Positions 25,803-37,993 of a stretch of 64,000 nt of DNA are shown piece by piece. Position numbers and translations under genes: made by a program. Source of the DNA: Octopus vulgaris (lineage: Eukaryota); the NCBI GenBank assembly GCA_951406725.2, contig OX597823.1, forward strand, positions 100,254,001-100,318,000, given 5' to 3'. The notes beneath the pieces are model-generated. The model saw nothing but the letters and a program-made list of their open reading frames with translations, was not told the DNA's origin and made no database searches. Within the stretch, counting starts at the first letter, position 1. Each line of letters opens with the position of its first letter.

Positions 25803-27982
25803 ACTGTACCTTAATATCATTTGTAAACAAAGATAAGTTCATATGCTGAACCCACCTTTCCATATTACCTCATCACCATGAAACAATCTGATATTATGAA
25901 TTCGGTAAACAGATTTGATTTTATTGATATATTTTGGCTGCAGCCTGTGCAGCCTATTTATTTATTTATTTATTTATTTATTTTCTTTCTTGGTCATATC
26001 TGGCTTCATTAGATAGACTTTAAACAGGGAAGAAATTAACTCCATTGACAACATAAGAATAGTTTGTATTTCACATCAAATGTAGGTATTAAGTCAAGGA
26101 GGAAAATGGAAGAAATATGTTGCAGAGATAAATTAAAGTTCTAAATAAATGAATGTCAAATTTATGTAGCAGAATGAAACGACTGGGCGCAGCTGTATAG
26201 ACGCTGATGATTTGACACAGCTGATTGGCTATTCAACCTGTTTTGGCGGCGGTACTTTTTGGTGTTGGAGGCAAACCCGCGCATGCAAAAATATACACAT
26301 ACAGATAGAGTGAGAGAGAGAGGGGGCGATAGAGAGAAACAGACATAACAATTTATTAATCGAACACGATTGATATAAACACTTTCCCTCTCCTCATACA
26401 CACAGAGAGATATGCTCTGACATATAAACACAGAAGAAGAGGAAGAGGAAGAGAACGAGAGACACATTAAAACGTCTGATGTCAAATAAGTCATCGTCGA
26501 ATCAACGACATCAAATAGGCGGCGTCGAAACAGAAATGCCAAAACGTTTCATATCCCATAGGTAATATATGCTACATACAGAATATATTACATGCTGTTT
26601 ATACGATATAAACAGGATTTAAATGTTCAGAGAGTGTGATAATTTAACGTTTAACATGCATTTTGTGTTCTTTTTTTTAATTAACGTAAATTAACTGGAA
26701 GTAAAAACTGTAACTACTCATAATTTGTGTATTTAAGGGATACATGTGTGTGGTTCCAAATTTGTTTCTTTAAACATAGTCTCGAGTCCACACAAGCCTT
26801 GTGAGGGAATTTGGAGCCATAGATATAATCTATTCATGGGATAGCCTGCATCTATAATTCAAAGGTATGGCTTTGTCCCACACTGAGAATTGCGTTAAGA
26901 AAACACATCCCGCCTACAAACTCACTCAATGAACAGGACATTCCGTTGATCGAACGATTGTAACATTCATTGACAAAACCGACGGCGAACCATTCATAAG
27001 TGTGTACTCATATGTTACTGGGTAGTTGAGAATAAACTCATGCCAGCTCATAAAATCGTTCTCATGCCAGCTCATAAAATAGCGCGAGTAAACTGATCGC
27101 CTGTGCCGGACTAACAACCTCCCACGTGTCCTTGTCGTTGCATTGGTGCTTTTACCGCCAAAATAATTCACTCAAAATCAAGTTTGTGCCAGCTCCGGAA
27201 GTCGGTGACTGCCGATGACGTTGGCTTGCCTGTCTGTTGAGTACGTTACTGTAGGCTGTGGTTTGACTGAGTCTTTCTAGATTGACAATGACTTAATGGG
27301 GATTATAAAGATATACTGAACAGGTGTCAGTCATAACAAGGTATAAAAAGTTATGATCAGTTATACTAAAATAAAGAGTATTGAATACTTTAGATATAGT
27401 AAGCAGGGATTACATATACTAATATATACAATAACTTCATTGACTATATTAGGGGCGTGGAGCTGAAGCTTCACAATAGTGGCGAGTGTAGTTGTGGTGA
27501 TATGTTGGTGGCAATGGTGGTGGTGGTGGTGGTGGTGGTGGTGGTGGGGTGAGGTGACGATTTTAGTTGTCTGTTGGTTGCTTATGGGAGTGATGGTGGA
27601 TGTGACGGTGGTGTTAATGGTGGCGACGGCGTGGGCGGGGGGGTGTTATCAGGTTATGCTGACTAATGACTACTTACGTGGCTATTTACATTACCGAACC
27701 TGAAACTAACAAGTTGTTGCCCGTTCGCCTTTCAAGAGTTTGTATTACATCTGCTAAGTTGGTTCAGAATCTGATTGTAGCCACCAGACATTTGATACCC
27801 ACTGTACCAGTTATATACTGACGTACTGGAGTCCATCTAATCGACAATAACCTTTCTCCAATGTTAGAAGTCAATATTGTTATTTAGTAGCTGTCTCCAG
27901 TTTTCAAGTGCAGAAAAATGCTGTACTATCGATGTGTGGATGTTAACATGAGTCATCGTAACGGCATGATCAAGAATTAGTC

Positions 27983-28128
27983 GAGTGGTTCCAAACCTGT
28001 GGTCCGCAAAGGTAGTACTGGAGGTCATCAACATGTTAAGCTGACAGACCTTTCAAAATACTGGGGTCCGTGGGAAAACTCATTTCAATAAAAGGGGTCC
28101 TTGGTAATGAAAAGGTTGGGTACCACCG
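27983..28128. mobile_element. Short hAT-type MITE
   Basis: Imperfect TIRs gagtggttccaaacct / aggttgggtaccaccg; 8-bp TSD AATTAGTC at 27975-27982 and 28129-28136. Confidence 0.8.
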
Positions 28129-28410
28129 AATTAGTCCTTCTGTAACGACATCATTGATACAGAGATAAAAACATAGATTTGAACTCCTTGTCGTCGTCGG
28201 CGGCGGCGCCCATCTCCGGTATCTTCTAACATTATTATTAGACAACATCATAAAGTAGTGATAAGTTTATGGTATGTGGTTTGAATATCTGAAATTAGCT
28301 CACACCATCGTGTATTTCGCTTGCTCGTAAATCAGCATGAATTACACAACATCCAATTCCTCCATTTATAAATATGGAACCTATGCTAGAATCGTTATCA
28401 TTCATTAGAG

Positions 28411-28927
28411 CCGGGGTCACCAATTCACAGCCCGCGAGGTCAGTTCATTCGCACTGTACCCTGTGTGTAAATACCTGCAATGAGAGTTCATTTGTCTCTG
28501 CTATGGCATCGGTGCTTGGTGAGCAAACATTTTTTTCAAAAATGAAGAATGTGAAATCAGCACATCGAACGAGGTTGACTGATGAACATTTGAAAGCAAT
28601 TCTCTTGGTTGGATGCAACAATTCCAAACCATTTATTGATGATATCTTAAAAGCTAAACACCAGTTTCACAAATCTCACAAACCTTTTTTTGCTGCTTAG
28701 TTTGTGAGATTCGGACATGTGCACACTGGGTGTGATATAACTATCTTATTGCTAACATATATAACTATCTTACTGTCTTCTTTGATAACTTTTTAGTAAA
28801 TAACTATGGTGGTTGTCTTTATTTTTTGAGTATTCACTGTATTGCATTCAACAAAATGGCTATGCGGCCCGCGCTCGTTGTTCTTTCAGTTATCTGGCCC
28901 GCCGTGAAAAACGTTTGGTGACCCCTG
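28411..28927 (+). mobile_element. Internally deleted hAT (Charlie/SPIN-like) transposon retaining a transposase C-terminal fragment
   Basis: TIRs ccggggtcaccaa / ttggtgacccctg; 8-bp TSD CATTAGAG at 28403-28410 and 28928-28935; EQTFFSKMKNVKSAHRTRLTDEHL resembles the hATC dimerisation motif. Confidence 0.88.
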
Positions 28928-29485
28928 CATTAGAGGGTGCTGGTTTCAAAATGCGTGCAGCATCACACAGTATTCATTCGAAAGAATCAGTAGAATCCCT
29001 CTGGTAATCGTTAATTACATTCTTCTGTTTTGCATTTACATCCTGGATTTGACTCTGCATTTCAACTTTGAAGACTGACAAAAAATATGGTAGCAGTTAT
29101 CTATTGATGTACTGGAATCGAAACCTAGTACCAAGGTTACAAATCAATATTGTTATTAAGTACTTGCAGCATTTAGTTACGGCACTCTGTGTTCTGAGTT
29201 CAAATCCTGTCTGGTCCACTTTAACCAGAAATTTGACTGAGAACCTTAGCTTTTATTCTTTTACTTGTTTCCGTCATTAGACTGCGGCCATGCTGGAGCA
29301 CCGCCTTGAAGAAGTCTTAGTTAAATGACTCGATCCCAGGACTTATTTTTGAAAGCCTGGTACTAATTATATCAGTCTCTGCTGCTGAGCCGCTAATTCA
29401 CGGGGACATAAACACACCAACACCGGGTGTCAAGTGGTGGTGGTGGACAAACACTGAGATAAAGACATGTACATATGTGTGTGTA

Positions 29486-29560
<75 letters not shown>

Positions 29561-29561
<1 letters not shown>

Positions 29562-30375
29562 TAGCAGTATTGCCCGGCTCATGCGTTCATGCGTTCTATG
29601 CACGCGCGAATTAAGCTAAACTTGGATGAAGTTCAATCAAAATTCAATTATTTTGGTTTAAAAATCAAGCATTTAATGCCCTCTATTTTTGTGCTTATGT
29701 GTTCCATTTCCTCAATAGGAAGTACGTAGAAGCGTTTCATAAATTTTTGTTGATCAAATAATTGCATTGTTGAATTATTCTTTTAGATCAGTATTTCTCA
29801 GCGGGGATTTCAGGGGAGAGTTTCAGGGAGTCGCTGGCGATGTATCGTGATGATCAAAAATCCGGCCTGCTAAAATTTGGTTAAAGTGATTCAAACTGCA
29901 GATTCAACGCAAAATGGTCACATTTAATTCAAAGCGTTAAAAATGTTATGAAAACAATTGGTATGTGTTCACAAAGTCCAAACGTTTAATACGAAAAAAC
30001 CCTCCAGGCTACATCCCGAAAATTCATTTCTTTGCCGAATTTCTACAATGTTTACGGCGATTCGTTTTTATATCTTGATTTTTTTATTTTCCATGCAATT
30101 TACGCATGCTTGCACGCGTGGTGAACACAGTTCACGTCAAACAGCTGACTGAGTAAAGTTCACTATTCAATGCATGGGATAAGGCCTAAACAAACACATT
30201 ATCGATTTTTGCACTTGCGAGATGAATTTCGGAATAGAAATAGCGCAGTTCAATTTTCATTCGCCTAAACTTTAAGTGACCCATTTTTGGTGGTTCTACG
30301 ATTTGTTGGCTAGGAGGAGATGTGCCGAGAAGTTAAACACACAGACACACACACAGATACACACACAGACACACA
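29561..30375 (-). mobile_element. Probable non-autonomous Helitron
   Basis: ta-ctagcagtattgcccgg terminus like that at 16720; CA/GACA-rich opposite end. Confidence 0.5.
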
Positions 30376-30379
30376 AGTA

Positions 30380-30541
30380 GGCGCAGGAGAGGTTGTGTGG
30401 TAAAAAGCTTGCTTCCCAACCACATGGTTCTGGGTTCAATCCCACTGCATGGAACCTTAGGCAAGTGTCTACAACTATAGCTTCGAGCCGACCAAAGACT
30501 TGTGAGTGGATTTGGTAGATGGAAACTGGAAGAAGTCCGTC

Positions 30542-30602
<61 letters not shown>

Positions 30603-30810
30603 TATGTATTTGTGTTTGTCCCCCCACCATCGCTTCACAATTGATGTTGGTGTGTTTACGTCCCCGTAACTTAGCGGTTCGGCAAAATAGGCCGATAGAA
30701 TAAATACTAGGCTTACAAAGAATAAGTCCTGGAGTCAATATGCTAGACTAAAGGAGATGCTCCAGCATGGCCGCAGTCAAATGACTAAAATAAGTAAAAG
30801 AATAAAAATA
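30380..30810 (+). mobile_element. tRNA-derived SINE family B with internal (TG)n; an inverted partial copy follows at about 30815-30970
   Basis: Box A-like tgtgtggt, box B gggttcaatccc; homologous to 25136-25560 and about 35045-35165. Confidence 0.8.
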
Positions 30811-31806
30811 TATATACGATAGGCTTCTTTCAGTTTCCGTCTACTAAATCCATTCACAAGGTTTTGGTCAGTCCAAGGCTATAGTAGAAGATACTTGCCC
30901 CAGGTGCCACGCAGTGAGACTGAACTCGGAATCATGTGGCTGGGAAGCAAACTTCTTACCACAAAGCCACAGATTGTATAACTTTTTATCAGTTGCTGTT
31001 GTGTTTGTTGTGCTGAGAATGTTGACTTTGTTGGGTATTGTGTGTGTTAGTGTGTGTGTTTTGTGTATGGGTGTGTGCTTGTTAGTGTATGTACTTTTTC
31101 AACTCACACACTCGCACACACTCACATATACATACACACACACATATATATATAAGTGTATATGTTTGTGAGAGAGTGCGTGTACAGATGTGTGCGTGCG
31201 TGTTTATTATGTATGTCTGCATGTATATATGTGCATAAATGCATGTATACAAGTATGTATGTGTGTGTGTGTATTTATGTGTATAAGCTTATATTTTCTA
31301 TGTGTATTTTTGTACGTTATGATTGTGTATGTACGTGCATGTTTATTCATTTGCATGTGTGCGTGTGAGAGAGAGGGGAGAGCGAGAGAAAGTGTGTGTG
31401 TGACACATGTATATGTTTACGTATTTGAAGGTTATGTGAAAAATTTTATTTACAGATAGCATTGTAGAATGTAGGCCAAGAAAATGTATGCAAAATTCCA
31501 GACAAGTTTAGACAGGACAGAGGTGTTGGAGTAATGAGGAAACACTGTGAAGCTTCATGATCATTCATGTTTAACAATAGACTGGTGTTTGTTGTAGTGG
31601 TAAGGGTTCGGTGGTGGTGCTGGTGGCTATGGTGCTAGTGGTTCAGGTTATGCTGACTAATAGTTGCATATGAGATTGAAGCCTTGTAGTTGTTGTTATT
31701 GTGGTTTAACTCCGGGGTGGGGGGAGGGCCTAATTGAGCAAAGATCAAAGACGTTCCATTCGTGACAGTCCCATCGTTAGGGTTCAAACTGCTACAATAT
31801 GACTTC

Positions 31807-33039
31807 TACGAGGGTCGACTGAAAAATGTATAGGCTGACCAAGATGCTCTTATGGAATGTGACCAAATGAAGTTATTTTTCACCAGCCCCACCCCCCTGC
31901 GGTCCACACACTTCTTCCATCGGTGTTGCAGTGTTTGGATTTCATTGGTGAAGAAGCTGTTGCTCAAAAATCTTCTGCGATACTGGTTCCCAGCCAAGTG
32001 TTTTTTGTTTATGTTGGGTCGCCAGATGGGGTCAAGTCAGGAGAAAGGAAGAGTGATCAACCAGTTCAAGGCCACAGACATGCAGAGCAGCCATTGAAAC
32101 TGAGCACTTGTGTGACGGAGCATTGTCCTGATGTAACAAGTTTACTCTCGTCAGTTTTCCTAGGCGTTTGGTCATGTTGGCCTTTCGTTACTGCCTCAGC
32201 AAGTTGACATAACACTCTCTATTGGTAGTGAGGTCATTTTAAAGATAGTCAACAAACACATTGCCTTTTGCATCCTAAAAAACTGAGGCCATCATCTTCC
32301 TTACAGATGAAGCGATACTTTGGAACGGGTACATCTGCCGCATGGATTGTCCCTTTGTCTCTGGCTCAAAGTGATGAACCCAACACTCACGCTGGCTTAG
32401 GAAACTTTCGAAGAAATCAGCTCCATCTGCCTCAAACAATGTCAGATTTTCCTGTGATCAGCCTGGGGCGCTTTTGACCAGGTGTCAGAAGATGTGGCAC
32501 TCACCGAGCAGAAACCTTCATCATGCCAAGTTCATTGTGCAAAATACTCTCCACTCTTCCATGGGATATGCTAACGGCATTGGCTATTTGGTTTATGGCC
32601 AATCGCCTGTCACTGTCATCCATCAGCATGTGGTGAATACGGTCAATGTTTTCTTCAGTAATGGCAGTTGCAGGATGTCCAAACCCTGGGTCATCTTCAA
32701 GACTCTCCCTTCCCTTTCTAAATTCAGGGACCCACTTTTGCACTGTTGATAAACCTGGAGCATCATTCCCTAATGTTGCAACCATGTCAGCATGAATGTC
32801 CTTGAGGGCTAAACCCCTTTTTCGGCAGATAACACAACGATGCAAAATTTTGTCCGTTTTCAAAAGAAGTCACTACAAGTTACTTTCGAAATCTCCTTCA
32901 AAGAGTCAGATGTCAGTTTACCTGGAAAGAAACGATGTAGTTATTTATAAGAAGAGTTGAAATTAATGCATGCAAGATTTCACAGCTCTAGCATCACTCC
33001 TTCATAATCGGTCTATGAACATTACGGCCCATCTTCGTA
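31807..33039 (-). mobile_element. Decayed mariner (Tc1/mariner) transposon
   Basis: TA-CGAGG...CTTCG-TA ends. Transposase N-terminus IHADMVATLGNDAPGLSTVQKWV.EF..GRESLEDD and C-terminus LQHRWKKCVD. Confidence 0.88.
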
Positions 33040-34812
33040 TTTCAAACATGTCAACCGTCCACATGGAGTCTTCCTCGTCGGTTGTTTCCTCAAGATTTTA
33101 ATGTTATTTAACCCCAGTTCAGCACTGATGGTCAAAGGCCTGCAAAATCCATGACCACACCGTCTTCAGTTCAAACTAAGGTGTATCTTATATTCTGTGA
33201 TTTGAGGGGAAATTAGCTGTTATTTCTAGCGGGTGAAGTGACAACATAGAGATCCTCTTGTTGGTTCTTTGTAACCGTTGCATGAAATCGTCGTGATGGC
33301 CATTATAATGAAGGCGATGAACTGACAAAATCGTTAGAGCGTCACAAGAAATACTCTGCAGTACATTTTCCCGATCGTTTATGTTCTGAGTTTCAAATCC
33401 CTCCGATGTAAAATTTATCTTTCATTTTTTTTTTCAGGATCGATAAAATAAAGTACCCGTCAAGTACTGAGAGTGGTGGTATCGTCTAATACCCCCACCA
33501 CCTCAAAGTTGCTGACTCTGTACTTAAATTAGAAACCATTGTAATCGCCAAGTTGGTTGTGGCTGTTTTGTGATTGCGGTGACGGCTTCTTTGTGTGCGT
33601 GCGTTGGCTGTGACAACGTGAATAAGTTGAACTTCTCGTTCGAACGATAGACTATAAATCTATACTCTCAGAGCATGACTGGCTGTTCTCAGAGTCATGG
33701 ACCGAGAAGAACAAAGTTTAGTGGGAAAAAAAGATAAAAGAACAAGGGCCAAAGTTCTCAGTCGTGCAAGAAAACTGACTCATGTTTGGCTGGGAGTATT
33801 TTTAATTTTCTCATATTTGTTTCAACCCACTGGCTGTGACCATGACAGGGAGATAGATTTTATTTATATATTTATTCTATTTTGAGAAAAGTTTTGGTAA
33901 AGTGGATCATTTTTAACGATAACGATTCAAAAAGACATTGTATTTGTGTAATCGACTTACGATCTCATTTGTACAAGTTTTTATCATAACTCGAACATAA
34001 AGCAGCCACGTGACCAGGTTAGCAGACAAGATATTAGAGCAAAGATAGATAGGTGGAATTCGGTGAACTTGCAGGGTAAAAAAGACTAGGGTTGCTATAT
34101 CTGAGCAATCACAATCCAGGACAGCTCTACTGACAGTCACCACAGAGGTTTGTGAGGATTGTCAGTAGAGGCTTTTAAACACTGTGTATTTCATCTCTGT
34201 GTATCCATCATCGTAGATACCAATTATACAAAACTGGATACTGTTTTGGGGTAATTGTCAATTGCAAGTATTTACTAATGATCCGATAACTAAGGAAATT
34301 CATAATGTGGAACAAATATAATAAATAACAATTTATTTTATATATAATAAATAATAACAAAGAGTTTGACTGTGCGTGAATGTGTGTGTTTGTGTGTGCG
34401 TGTGTGCGTACGTGTGTGTGCACGCGCGCGTGCGTGTGTGTATAATTTCTTAAGTGATGGGATCTGGACATTTGGATAATTTTTTTAATTCTTCCTGGAC
34501 GCGAAATTTGACAGCTAAATTCAGGACTGAGCTTGGGAAATATGGACGCCTGGCAACCACGTTTTAGCGGGGAAATTCTGACCACTTTCTTTCACTTGCC
34601 TTTGAGCATGTTGTGAAATGATGGATGTATTGGAAAGGGCAAGGGTGTTCTATCGATCATAGTGTTTGAATATATAGAACTCTAACAGAAAATTGTCTCC
34701 AGATAACCAATTATTGTGAAATTCGCTTAACTGTGTCCATCGAGATACAGAGATCCGACAGGAGCCATGTTGTTTAATTTCCTTATTCGTATACACACAC
34801 ACGCGCGCGCGA

Positions 34813-34844
<32 letters not shown>

Positions 34845-35167
34845 CGCTAACCTTGGTTTTGGTGGCTCACTTCAGAGATTAATGTTTTGAGAAGAAAATG
34901 TTTTGGAATACAAGCTGCTGTTTATATTTCCTCGCCGTATCCATGAGGCAATGTTTGGAGTATTTCAAGGAAGCAAACAAGCGTAAATCCATCCAAGAAC
35001 GCTGGAATTGCCAGATGAAACGAAACATAGCCATGGGTTTAAGAAGCTAGCTTTGCAACCACGTGCTTTTGAGTTCAGTCCCACTGTGCAGCACCCTGGG
35101 CATGTGTCTTCTGATCGACCAATATCTTCTGAGTGAATTTGATTGAGAGAAACTGTGGAAACCTGTA

Positions 35168-35216
35168 GTATGTATGTATGTATGTATGTATGTATGTATG
35201 TATGTATGTATGTATG

Positions 35217-35250
<34 letters not shown>

Positions 35251-35280
35251 TGTATGTATGTATGTATGTATGTATGTATG

Positions 35281-35314
<34 letters not shown>

Positions 35315-35348
35315 TGTATGTATGTATGTATATATGTATGTATGTATG
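35168..35348. repeat. (TATG)n microsatellite
   Basis: Direct reading. Confidence 0.97.
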
Positions 35349-35409
35349 TTTTGCCTTATGTATGTATTCTCATGCATATAGTTACATATCTAGCCATACT
35401 CATATATAT

Positions 35410-35810
35410 ATTTAAATGATAAACTTCTGGAAAGTTTTACATATTTTTACAGTCCCAGTGATGTATTGGATCTGTGGTCTTCGAATTAGCTTTCTCTTTT
35501 CTGGTTTTGAGAAGCCCAATTTCTCAAGATTGGTATTTAGGCAGTGTGTTACATATCCCGGGCACCAATAATTACAGGTATAAACCTGAACTTGTAATCT
35601 GGATAGACTAAGTGCAGATTTCTTAATAGTTCAGCGTAGGTGTTCTCTTTTCCACTGATCTTCAGCTTGATGTTAACATCGGCTGGGCAGCTAATTTCAA
35701 CAACTGTGCACAATTTCTCTTCTCTATCCCAAATCACTATATTATTTTATTCAGGTCTTCACTGGTACATTCCACCAGTATTCCTTTTTATTATGAGTGG
35801 CTATGGCTTC
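35410..35810 (-). mobile_element. 3' fragment of an RLE-type (R4/NeSL-like) non-LTR retrotransposon
   Basis: IWDREEKLCTVVEISCPAD...KENTY..L...IPVIIGA is a restriction-like endonuclease C-terminus. Confidence 0.75.
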
Positions 35811-35834
35811 TACCATATTGTATGTATGTGTAGT

Positions 35835-35935
35835 AAAACATATGAATTTAGTCTTTCCGCTTACATTTCACTGAGAAAAAAAAATGTTTTTTTTCTCAGT
35901 GAAATGTAAGCGGAAAGACTAAATTCATATGTTTT
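35835..35935. repeat. Near-perfect palindrome with ~49-bp arms
   Basis: aaaacatatgaatttagtctttccgcttacatttcactgagaaaa and its reverse complement are adjacent. Confidence 0.92.
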
Positions 35936-36164
35936 GACCATATGTTTTAACCTATATATAAAAAAAAAGAAAATACATATGTATAACTAATTTCGTTCGC
36001 AAAATTGTAACAATTTTTCTGGTAAGAGGCTGATGTAGCGTGGCAGTTTCAGCAATTGTGAAAAATGACTATAGCGATTGCTAATATCTTCACTGTGTGA
36101 AAGGCAAGGCAGGAATGATCTCGTTTGAGGTTACAACCATCTTTGGTCAACCTGTTCTATTTCT

Positions 36165-36439
36165 AAACACTAATTTGATTGGCTGACAGGACACGAGTGG
36201 TCTCTATGTGTTTCGCGCCACTGGGTGACATGTGACACGAGGGTCCCTACGAAGTCCGCCACTGATTGACACGTGACGCGAATTGTCTCGACTTATTTCG
36301 CGCCATAATTGCGAATCAGCCAATCAAGACTTTCGGTTAAAATTCCATTTTCTGGGGTTCGGTGAGCCAACCAAACAGTATATAAACAGGAATTCATAGA
36401 CACTTGGGTCTCGGTTTCCAGTTCTTTTAAGAGCTAACT
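36165..36439 (+). promoter_or_regulatory. Pol II promoter-like module: inverted CCAAT pair, two TTTCGCGCC (E2F-like) sites, E-box, TATA, then a 6-bp-stem/TTTA-loop hairpin
   Basis: gattggctga at about 36177; tttcgcgcc at about 36210 and 36296; cacgtg at 36270; tcagccaatca at 36316; tatataaa at 36379; AGTTCT-TTTA-AGAGCT at 36420-36435. Confidence 0.55.
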
Positions 36440-36635
36440 TAGACCCCTGCTGCTCAACTAGAGATATGCGATTGTCTCTGCTACTAGCTTAATTTCTCTC
36501 TCTGTGTTGTTTTTTGACTACTCATTACCGACTACCCAATTGCTGACTTCTTCACATTTGTTCGACAGCCGGCGGCTACAGAAACATAACAGGTAGGCAG
36601 TTCTGCCACACCCCCACTGTACGAGGAGCCAAATA

Positions 36636-37986
36636 ATGGCAGACTCAGAGACAGACATAACAGAAGCTGACATCCGTGAACCAAAACCATTGTCTGACAT
36701 GGAGTCAGACACGGAGAAAAGAAGACCCGTAGCTAAAAGGTTAATAGCGGCACCGAGCCTGGTAGTAGGTGCCGTGAAAGAAACTCTAAACTTTGCAGCA
36801 GCAGCTGGAGGAAAAAAGAAGGAGATATGCCTTGACAACTTGGACGCTTTGGAGCAATATATTACAAGGTCCGGATCACAGACCAAATTAATACAACCCA
36901 GGGAGACGCAAGAGGACGTCGAACGGAGAACAGTGATCTTCAAGACATACAATGTCAAGGAAAGAAGAATTGGGTTCTCCACTGAAAACCAAGTAGAGAA
37001 GTGCCTTGGTCCTGTATGGGATAAAATAAAATTTATCTCCTGAGGGAAAAAATTTTCCACAGTCGAAGTGAGGTTCGGCACAGTGGAAGAAGCTAAACTC
37101 CACTCAGTGGAACCTCTGAAATCGGACGAGGTCTTTCTCCTACCTATATACATGGGCAGGAGGACCACAAAAATTACAATTACAAGGGTCCCCCCACCCC
37201 GAAATAGAGCCTGAGAGGCTGGTGGCAGCCGTAACCTCGGGCCTCAGGGACAAGATCAACATAATCAGCGCGGTGGTGGAAGAAGCAAAATTCTGGGTCG
37301 GCCAGAAAGTGACTGTCACACTGCAGGCCGAGCCAGCCACCTTAGATGAGTTCACCGAGGCGATAGACATCAATGACAACCATCTACCAGTCATGGTGGA
37401 AGGTCGCCAGCCCAGGTGTTTCCTATGCGGGAAAAAAGGGCACATCCGGAAAAACTGCGAACCAGCAGGAACAGACAAAACAGTAAAGCCCTCAACCCCT
37501 GTCGAAACGTCTGCTACCCCAGCAACAGTAGATCTAACAACGTCAACATCAGAAGAGAAAGAAGGAGAAGGATGGACAGCCGCCGCCGCAAAAAGAAAGC
37601 ACAGGAATCCATCCCCGGAAAAAGGAAAGACCGAAGGAAAACCTGAAGGGAAAAAGAGGGACATCAAAAAGGCGAAAAAACCGGAGAACAACAACAACGC
37701 CTACGTCGCGATCCGGACGGTCGACAGTGAGGTGATGCGACGTGTAGAAACACAGCACCTCCAAGAGATAGAGGTAGAGGAACATTTAAAAAAGGATCTG
37801 ATAAAGGTCTACAAAATAAATCATAAAGCCTACAATGTACTGGCGAACAATTTCAGGAAGGATGTAGGTTCTCTGCGGATGGAGGTCTCGAGTCGCCTGT
37901 ACGAGGGCCTGATCCAGCCAAACCCACGAGACCCGGTCAAGGAGGAGGCGGTTACCCCCCGCCCGGACTCGGAAGGAGCAAGGTAA
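36636..37986 (+). pseudogene. Tx1-like ORF1 with CCHC zinc knuckle; one stop (37041) and one frameshift
   Basis: CFLCGKKGHIRKNC knuckle. The TGA aligns to Arg in the paralogue (ISRG), consistent with CGA>TGA. Confidence 0.85.
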
Positions 37987-37993
37987 GTGATTT

